NCBI GenBank assembly: GCA_951406725.2
Contig: OX597823.1
Span: forward strand, 72,416,001 to 72,480,000
Length of the DNA: 64,000 bases
Origin: Octopus vulgaris
Lineage: Eukaryota
Direction: 5' to 3'
The notes under the pieces were generated by a model. That model was not told the origin of the DNA. It was given only the letters and a program-made list of their open reading frames with translations, and ran no database searches. Positions 54,665-64,000 of the stretch are shown piece by piece. Made by a program: the position numbers and the translations under genes. Within the stretch, counting starts at the first letter, position 1. Every line of letters begins with the position of its first letter.

Positions 54665-57600
54665 GTTAACAGAAAACGTTTACATTCAATTAGATAGCTA
54701 ATCTCAGTCTCCATACTATTGACTCCTCGTGTTTTCTTAGTTTCAAAATGGCAGGAGAGTGGTAGAAATCTGCGATAGAATATGCGTTGTGTATATAGAG
54801 GATACTGCTACGTGACGTGTGTTCTAGAAGTTATCTTCAAGATTTCGAAGAGTACTACGTAACAGCCACGGAGAAAATATAGAAGACATTTCCAATGCAA
54901 ATAACAAAATAAATCACAAAGGAAGACGTATTTTATCTACAGTTAAGTTAGAGCGAGTTTTTGCATGATTCATAGAAGATATTTAACTTTATGCATCGGG
55001 AAGTTTCAGAATGTAGCTCTTTGGTCAATCAAAAAATGTCTGTCTATCTTTTTATTTTTCTCAGTGAGGATCATATGGATTGTGCAGATCAAATGCAGCA
55101 TACAATATTCGTGACAAAGCCAGCAAAGTGTCAACGTAGTTTTGTGTTTTGGGGATTCTAATCGACTCAGTAACAAAGGGTGTCCGTTGCAGTTTTTAAG
55201 GTCTATGTTCCTCTGACGAATATTTAGGGGTCAAAACACTGAGATTTAGTTGATTATAAAACCATCAACCCAACGCAGAATTTCTTAGAATTTCATTTAC
55301 AAAAGGGTATTCTTTGCGCGAAGAGCTCCAGCTATCTACATATTTTCAGGTACAAAGTAACAAATTATTTTGAGTATTAAACATTTCGTTATGTTTAATT
55401 ACCACTATAATGTTATTAGAATAGTGAATATGTGAGAAAATCCATGATAGGGAAGAACTTTTATCAGTTTTGTAATCCATATCTTGATTTGAATATTTAG
55501 ATAGCATCATGATTAACAGATTACTAATTATAAATATGTTTTGTTTACACTCAAATATTCATATATGTGGAAGTGTCATGCGTATTAAGTTTATCTAAAT
55601 ATTTAATGAACCTAGTCTTATTATAATACAATTCTGCGATCTATTTTAAATTTACTAATTGATTTTAAGATCACCATTCGTTCTTTGTAATAGAATACGC
55701 ACACACACACAAACACACACGCACGCACACACACACACACAAGACACACACACACACATACATACACACACACATGTACACACACGCCGTTTTTATCCTT
55801 TGCAAAGTTTTTAATTTTATTTCCAATGAAATATAATTTAAAATATATTTTATACAATTCTCAGAAAGTATTTACGCCTATCTTTTTCTCCCTTTCTCTA
55901 ATTGTTTACAAACAAAATTTATAGAAAATTATAAAAAAAAGCTATAAAATGTTATTTGAAGAGCCTAATTTGATCTAAAATCCTTCAAACAACAAACTGC
56001 ATGAGATGAAAGCTTGTCAGACTCCACTAACGAAAGTGACAATAATCTACTTATACTCTCATCCATATCAAGTATATAATGGCGCACAAAAACATTATCT
56101 AAAAGTTTTAAGCGCCTGATAACCGTAGTTTATTTGCAAATGTTTGATTACGAAAATCGATATTTTCACTTATATTTTTACTTTTTGAATTAAGCGAAAG
56201 GTTTCATAATTCAGTCGACTCACTTGACTTTATTTTCAAGTTTAACATGTTAAATTTCCATGAAGCATATAACTTTCTGTTATAAGGCATCTTGAATTTT
56301 CTACTGAGGGAATATTTCTGTATTGGAGAGTACTTGATTAGATATTGTGAGAATATTGTTATTTAGAATGTTGCTATGATCAATAATGCAAAAACTTGTA
56401 TTTCTTTTTCATATTAAGTTAAGTGAAAATATAGCTTCTCAACAAGGCAGTGTGCTCTTTGCAATAATATCTCTATATTCTGCATTGCAAATCAATAATT
56501 CTTTGACTGTAAGCTTTCGTATTGATAATTCAATATATGGCTTCTTCAAATTCCTGTTCTCAGTTATTTATTTCATAAAATAAAAAATCCATTCACTGCC
56601 TAAATTTAACTTCTTTCTTTGTACTTTCTACTGACAGATGACAGAACTGTCCGTATTTCTGTGAGAAACGTGATGAACACTATTCAATACTCAACTAACA
56701 CTGACTCTCACACTATGTAAATAACTTTATGAAATACTGGTTTTGTATAACTTTGAATTTATAATGAATGTCTTGGATGAAACTCTCGTTAATCTGCATT
56801 TTTTACCTTATCGTACATTTCTCCAGTGAACAATATTATAATAAATTTGACATGTCTCACCAAAGTGGAAAAGAGACCTAAATGTGTCTACTTCATAACT
56901 CTGATCTTGTGTTTGAATACCAGCTGTAAATAGTAATGATATACTGCTGTATTTTGCAGTCCTGTTTCAAATTGCATCGTCATTGACATGCCAATGTCAA
57001 AATGATCATTTCTTTGGCTATTTAAGATCATTAGACAAAGCAAATATTAGCCAGCAAGTATATGAAAACATGAGAAAGACACTAAGATTAGGATAAAAGG
57101 GGTTTAGTTTTCTTCTTTCAAATAAAACATTTGATAATACACCCATCACGTGATTGAAATGTCTCTAAAATAAAGTTTAATAAATTTGTTCTCCAGTACT
57201 AACAAAATATACGTATAGCGTCATAAAGTAAAAGAAAAAAATATTGAGTTGATTTTTATATAAAGGAGAACAACGCTAAATCATTCTAAAAGGTAACCCA
57301 AAGTATCTCAGACTACAAGAAAATGATTCGTTGTAAAATGTTCTGAAAAAGTACCAGCCAAATAATAAAATCCGTTTAAAAGTAGAGATGGTAAAACTAA
57401 GATTGTGCCAATAATCATTAAGTGTATCAACAAATGTTTAATAACTAAAAAATATAGCTGAATACAACAACAAAAAAGTGTTTAAAACATAATCAAGCAA
57501 GTAATATGTACTAAAATAAAGATTCTGAGGAAAGTGCAATTGGAAATGAACTGTCATGTCTTAAACGTCTAACGAAATCTTTGAAGCTGTTCTCATTAAA

Positions 57601-57676
57601 TGACAACTAAATCAGTAACAATAAAACAAGTAAAACAATCACAATAAAACAACATCAATATTATCTGCAAAAAGAG

Positions 57677-57908
57677 AAGGCGGCGAGCTGGCAGAAACGT
57701 TAGCACGCCGGGCGAAATGTGTAGCCGTATTTCGTCTGCCGTTACGTTCTGAGTTCAAATTCTGCCGAGGTCGACTTTGCCTTTCATCCTTTCGGGGTCG
57801 ATAAATTCAGTACCAGTTACGCACTGGGGTCGATATATTCGACCTAATCCGCTTGTCTGTCCTTGTTTGTCCTCTCCGTGTTTAGCCCCTTGTGGGTAGT
57901 AAATAAAT
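57677..57908 (+). mobile_element. Full-length SINE with 16-bp TSD
   Basis: aaggcggcgagctggcagaaacg...ttgtgggtagtaaataaa, flanked by ttatctgcaaaaagag (57661-57676) and ttatgtgcaaaaagag (57909-57924). Confidence 0.9.
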
Positions 57909-59561
57909 TTATGTGCAAAAAGAGCATAGGGAAGAAAATCATATGAAGGTCAGATAAATAAAATATGAACCCTGGTAACAAAGTAATTGAGAGGTGTCAT
58001 GTGATTTATTATGCGAACACCACGTATGTGAGACATGGACATTTGATAAGAATAAAATATATTATATGAGAAATTGTATATATGAGATCAAAAATTTTAC
58101 TACATCATACGGAAATACATTTGATGAACAAGGAAAATGCTGTACGTATTAAAAACTTTGAGGAAATTGATCAGCTAATGCCAATATTGTGATATGCGTT
58201 TGACGGTTAGAGGTATTGTCAGAAAGAAGGGAGAGCTAATCAGATAATTGCTGAAGAGACCATCAGAAAGATTTCCCAGATAGCAGACATGCTGAGAACG
58301 ATAACGTTACAGGAACAACCATCATCACAAAAGAGTGTTTATATAACTTATTGCTAATTTGGAATGTGAAATCAGCCATGAGTCCTTCAAGAGATTTCTT
58401 TTCATTTTCATTTTAAATTTAGAAACCAATTTATTCTCAATAATTGTTACTTCATTATGAACGAGTGAAGCCACGAGATAAACAGAAGAAACTCCAGCTA
58501 ACAATGGAAGTCAAAAAGCCAGCAACAGAAACTGTAAGTGCTTGAGCGACATTGTAACCAAATTCTTCTCACACCTAACCTGGTCGATTATTTGCACATC
58601 ATATTGTATAATGTAGAGTTCAATATAAAAACACACAAAAAATTCTCCTACAAAACTTCAGCGTATTTTAGAAATTCGTTCAAAGCATACAGTTTCCACA
58701 TACAGTGTATATAAGACATTGTGAATGAACCCAATTTAAAGGATTATAGGCATGCTCCGTGTTAGGGAAAGTTTTCATTCCCCAAAATCTTAGTCTAACA
58801 GTATTTCATAACACGAAACATATTGCCTGTTCACTTCCATGTTAAATGTTAATAAACACAGAATTCAATAACATATTGGTTTCGTGCTATTGAATTCCCC
58901 GTTCCGGCAAGATTTTCTGGTTTCTGGAACACAACTATTTCGAAACACAGGAGGATAACGGTAAATAGATTCGTTGCAACACTGTCGCTACCGCGCTTGA
59001 AAATACAAGTCAGATCAAATATAACGTGTGCTACCTTATAATGTGGCCTTTGGTAAAGCAAAAGATTCAGGAAATATCAGGAAGTTTTCATAGGATTGTC
59101 GGTAAATAAATTAGAAATTGCATCATGAAAATAGGGAAACAGATCAGTTTTCATATACACGAACTCAAGCAGAAAATGTATATATAACTTATATAAACTG
59201 TAACAAGGTTACATACATTATACATATTGCATCTTTGTTTTCAATTTAATATATTTATTTGTATTGTAATACTTGGTAAATAATATACAGCCCAAATATA
59301 TATATATATATATATATACATCATTGTATTACGTACAATTTTAACATCCAAGTAACTGCGTTATAGATCGTTATACGCTTTAACGTGGAAACTATTCGTA
59401 CGAGTATTTATATTCTTACAGCATCCAATTGGTTTACTTTGAAGATACTGATATTATAATCTAAATATAACTGCAAATTGTTTCATCTCGAATTGGTTTA
59501 ACTTTATCACTTTCACACAAACAAGCACATACATATACACACACACGCCAGCACACACACA

Positions 59562-59647
<86 letters not shown>

Positions 59648-59739
59648 AGTGTGTGTGGAATTCAATATTAAAGCCTTGTTTTCAAAATAGTATCGTTCAC
59701 ATAAGATATATAAATATTGTGAACGATAATGTTACTTCA

Positions 59740-59944
59740 GAAATGTGACTACATATGGGCTCTGGCGATTTTCCTTCTCCTTCGTTGAACTTCTCTGTTC
59801 CTACTTTCCGACGAAGAGCTATGCTCGAAACGTTAAAACATCTCTCTTTTCACCGAGCGTCAAGCTAATATAATACTGGTGCACGTCCTGAATTTCATTT
59901 TTATACATTTTTTATTCGTTTTTTGAAATGTTTGTTCACCGAAT

Positions 59945-59950
<6 letters not shown>
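59740..59950 (+). mobile_element. Penelope-related repeat (+ orientation of the 22762 family)
   Basis: tggcgatttt..ccgacgaagagctatgctcgaaacgttaaa..gagcgtc.a..aataatact..cacgtcct. Confidence 0.6.
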
Positions 59951-60011
<61 letters not shown>

Positions 60012-60171
60012 CAAAGTTGAGTTGTGGGGTATCGCACGAGTGGAATTATATACGAAAGAAGGTTTGAAAATGCAATTTAAAAGATGTTTATTTTACTTAA
60101 CCGGTTTCACTCTTTGGAAAAAGATTGTCAAAAGTAACATAGAATATTATGAATTCAAAAGTTTTTTACAT

Positions 60172-60460
60172 AATTGCCACATTACATGTATATATACAGT
60201 CTTTGGTAACAGGGACATGTTAAGGACATAAAGAAGTACAACAGTGTGATGAGAATATTTGAAAAAATGGGCAGAAAAGAATAAAACAAATATATTATTG
60301 GAAGTTTGGTTGCGTTGATTATTGGTTGTTGCAAATTGCCACATTACATGTATATAAACAGTCTTTAGTAACAGGGACATGTTAAGGACATAAGAAAGTA
60401 CAACAGTATGATGAGAATATTTGAAAAAATGGGCAGAAAAGATTAAAACAAATATATTAT
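60172..60460. repeat. Direct duplication of about 127 bp with period 162
   Basis: aattgccacattacatgtatata..gggcagaaaaga.taaaacaaatatattat at 60172-60298 and 60334-60460. Confidence 0.9.
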
Positions 60461-60699
60461 ACATCTCCGGGTCAGTACAGAATATTATGAATTCAAGGCG
60501 AGCTTGTTTACTGACCTGTCCGTTTTAGCAGAAATGTTGAATTGAAAAAGATGTCCCGTTCTTTTCTTTTTTTGGCTTTCCTTCAAGCATCAATGATTTT
60601 GGGGTTAGGATGAGGTGAATATGTGTGTCTCTCTGCGTGTGTGTGAATAGATGTGTCTGTATGCCTGTAGTATTGGTCAGATGGCATCTGTTTATCAAG

Positions 60700-61611
60700 T
60701 GTGTGTGGTTGTCATGGTGTTGTGTGTGCGCGTGTGTGCGTGTGTGCGTGCGTGTGTATGCATGCATGAGTGTGGATGGTATTTGACATGGTGCTGCGTG
60801 TGTATATATGTGCCTGTATGGAGGTGAGACTGGTGTGAGTGTGCCTGCACACATACGTATACAAGCGTCTGCGTGTGTGTGGGGGCTGATTTTGAATGGT
60901 TCCAGGGTGGCGAAAATAGATGTGTGTTGTTTAAAGAATTTTTGGGGTAGGATGGTGTGTGTATATATGCGAGCCCGCCCGTGCGCGCGAGCGTGCGTGC
61001 GCGTGCGCGTCTACGCGTGTGTGCGGGCCATACACACACACTACATATACATACACACACACACATCATACACACACCACACACACACACACATAATATA
61101 CAAACACACAACACACACACACACAACACACACACATACAGAACACACACACACAACGCACACACGCAACACACAAATATAACATATATTTATATATAAT
61201 ATACACACATAACACACACACACAACACACACACACAACACACACACTCACCCAACATACACACACACACAGCACACGCACACATACATACATAATATAA
61301 ATACAACACAAATACACCTAACACATATATACATACAATACACATACAAAGCATATATATAATACACATACACAATATATACATATAACATACATACACA
61401 ATACATACATATAATATATATATATATAGACAATGCATATACATATATACATATATATAGTGTTTACCACATATACACATACGCATACATATAACATATA
61501 TATACACATAACATACACATACATATACACATAATGTACACATACATATACAACACACATACATATAATATACATATACACAATGCACATGCATATAATG
61601 CACATATATAT

Positions 61612-61643
<32 letters not shown>

Positions 61644-62100
61644 TCACACATATACACATACATATATATATATAATGCACACACACACACAAACACAAAA
61701 TACATACATATAGCGTACACACACATATATATCTACATACCACACAAACACACAAACAATGTACTCACATATACACATATACAATGCATACACACACACA
61801 ACACACATATATACATATATATAAAACATATACACATATAAATACATACATACACACAATGCACACACACACACACGCGCACACACACACACACAACGCA
61901 CACACACACACACAACCCACACAACACTCACACACATACATAACATACATATATATAATGCATGCGTGTGCGTGCCGCGTATGTGTGTGGTCAATGCCCG
62001 CTAGTGTGCCCTATGTGTGCCGATGCGTGCATGTGTCCGCCTGCATGATATGCTGTGAGTGTGCGCGTGTCCCTGTGTGCTTGCTCTGGATGTGTGCCTA
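60700..62100. repeat. 1.4-kb degenerate CA/TA low-complexity tract
   Basis: Interrupted (CA)n/(TA)n with GT-rich flanks, downstream of the minus-strand Penelope ORF. Confidence 0.9.
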
Positions 62101-62109
62101 GGGGGTATG

Positions 62110-62784
62110 TTAGAGTATGTTTAGTTGTGGTCTGTATTTTTGAATAAGATTACTTTCCCTATTTATTCGTGTTTGGTCTGTGGTGTTGTCCGAGCATTGG
62201 TATAGTGGGAAGACTAAGAATTTGGGGGACTTATTGTGTGTACAAAGGTCTAAGTGTCCACTTAGTGGTATCTGTCTTGTGGAGGGGTCCCTCAGTTGTT
62301 GTCGGTGAACTGTCATTCTTTCTCTGAGGGTAAGGCTCGTTTGCCCTATGTAGTCTTCGTGGCATCCTTCACACCTTATGACGTAGAGTAGATTTTTTGA
62401 TGCGCACGTGAAATTATTTTTTATGATAAATGTGTGTCCCGAGCGGAACCTGTATGTCGATCCCTTAATGAGGTGGATGCAAGTCCTGCAGTTGGGGTGA
62501 CCATATTTTTTGATGGTGGGCGGTGGGTTTGTGTTGTGTAATTTTGCGTTGGTGAGGAGGTTTTTTAGGGATTTAGGTTGTCTCTTACTTTTTATGATTT
62601 TATGAGCTGCCAGTAATTTTTTCAGGCGTGGGTCTTGATTTAGTTGTGGAATGTTGTTGTATATAATAGTGTAAGCTTCTGCATTCCTTGGGTTGTGTGT
62701 TGAGAGATAGGGGAGGCTATTTACTGTACTGTGAATGTGTTTAGGTTTTCGTAGGTCTTGAGTGTTGATTGATTTGGCCCGTTC
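62110..62784 (-). mobile_element. Penelope-like element C-terminus (Cys linker + GIY-YIG endonuclease), open frame, 5'-truncated at (TA)n
   Basis: [72 protein letters not shown]; the N-terminal YIYI part of the ORF is microsatellite. Confidence 0.93.
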
Positions 62785-62880
62785 TATATACATACATACA
62801 CACATATATATATATACAGACACACATATATATACATATATATATATATATATACATGCATATATATATATATCTATGTG

Positions 62881-62934
<54 letters not shown>

Positions 62935-64000
62935 TATATACATACATATATATAAACTGGCAATATGACCATTCCGAAATATAACAATATATATATATAT
63001 ATATACATTTTTTTTCTTTCGTTTTAGTCCATTTTTCCATGCTTGCCTTTTGTGTTACATGTTTTATTCATTTCATCGATCTATCGATCTAGTAAATTAA
63101 AAACAAATATATGCGCGTGCACGCACATTCACACACACACACATACACCTGTATGGCGTAGAGCAATACAATGTGTGCAAAGTGAAAAATGTAACAATAT
63201 AAATTTTAACAAAGAATAATTCCCTTAGAGAAGGTGGCTTCCCAGTGTTGCTCATGGAAATCCATAAAAACTACGCTGACCCTGACCTCGATAGTAAGTG
63301 CTCTTTCCATAATATCTACAGGCACATGCTCTTAGAGTAGGTTCGTTCATTCGGACTTTTCTTACCACTTTTCAACACCATTGTTCGTAGGTAGTACTTC
63401 CGTCCTTCATCCAGTATATTCATACTTTGTAACAAACGTGTTGTACGAATTGAACGGCGAATGAAAACTCATTTACTGTAGGTGAGATTGGTATGTATAG
63501 AAGATAGATAGGTACTTAGACTTTCAATATTATCATGAAAATCACATCTGCCATGATGTTATTTCCCCAAATCCTTATCAGACATTTTGAATCATAGCAT
63601 CTATGATTATAAGGAAATTGTTGTTTTAAAATTTATGAAGCATTGCCGCTTCTCGCATGCATATGTCCATTGGAGCCTACGGTAATTTACCTGTTTACCT
63701 CTTTGCTCCATATTGTTTGCAAACCTTTGGCACATTAATTATTTGAAGTAACACAAGATTAGTTCGTGTTAGCCAAGAAGGTGCAAGTACTATTTACAAG
63801 ATTGTGTCCTATAATGATACTGCCATTCGGTTAGTGACATTTGATTGCACTAGATGGAGTTTTGTTTATTTCCCCTAGCAGATCATCTGTTATCTAGTCG
63901 TGGATGCAAAACAGTATCTTTATTGAGTCGTTACTGATGCTGGTTCTGTATTCTTTTGCCTATTTGTTAGTGTTAGTACTGATGCAATGCAGCATTGATT

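Noticed and set aside
63365-63476. Minus-strand segment bounded by ctacag| and |gtaag
   Set aside because: All three frames contain stops and there is no other support

Overview
AT-rich, microsatellite-saturated eukaryotic DNA. The repeat complement (tRNA-derived SINEs, Penelope-like elements, Helitrons, long (TA)n/(CA)n runs) resembles an octopus or other coleoid cephalopod genome; this is inference. No intact host protein-coding gene is recognisable, and most ORFs in the track are microsatellite artefacts. Supported features are decayed mobile elements: three Penelope-like remnants, RTE, CR1-like, R4/Dong-like and Tx1-like LINE fragments, a deleted mariner, a hAT MITE with an 8-bp TSD, two Helitron-like elements (one carrying a piggyBac fragment and an 11x116-bp tandem array) and many SINEs. 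The main unexplained signal is a dispersed series of long, mutually unrelated imperfect inverted repeats. Four are clear (770-1018, 4171-4454, 41957-42251, 48980-49201) and several are weaker. In several, the mismatches are G.U wobbles on the + strand, and one hairpin arm coincides with a candidate 159-nt exon. Together with scattered + strand splice-site pairs, this suggests a long transcript carrying multiple dsRNA stems (ADAR substrates, hpRNA/endo-siRNA or miRNA precursors). Old palindromic MITEs are the main alternative. All alignments and mismatch counts were done by eye.
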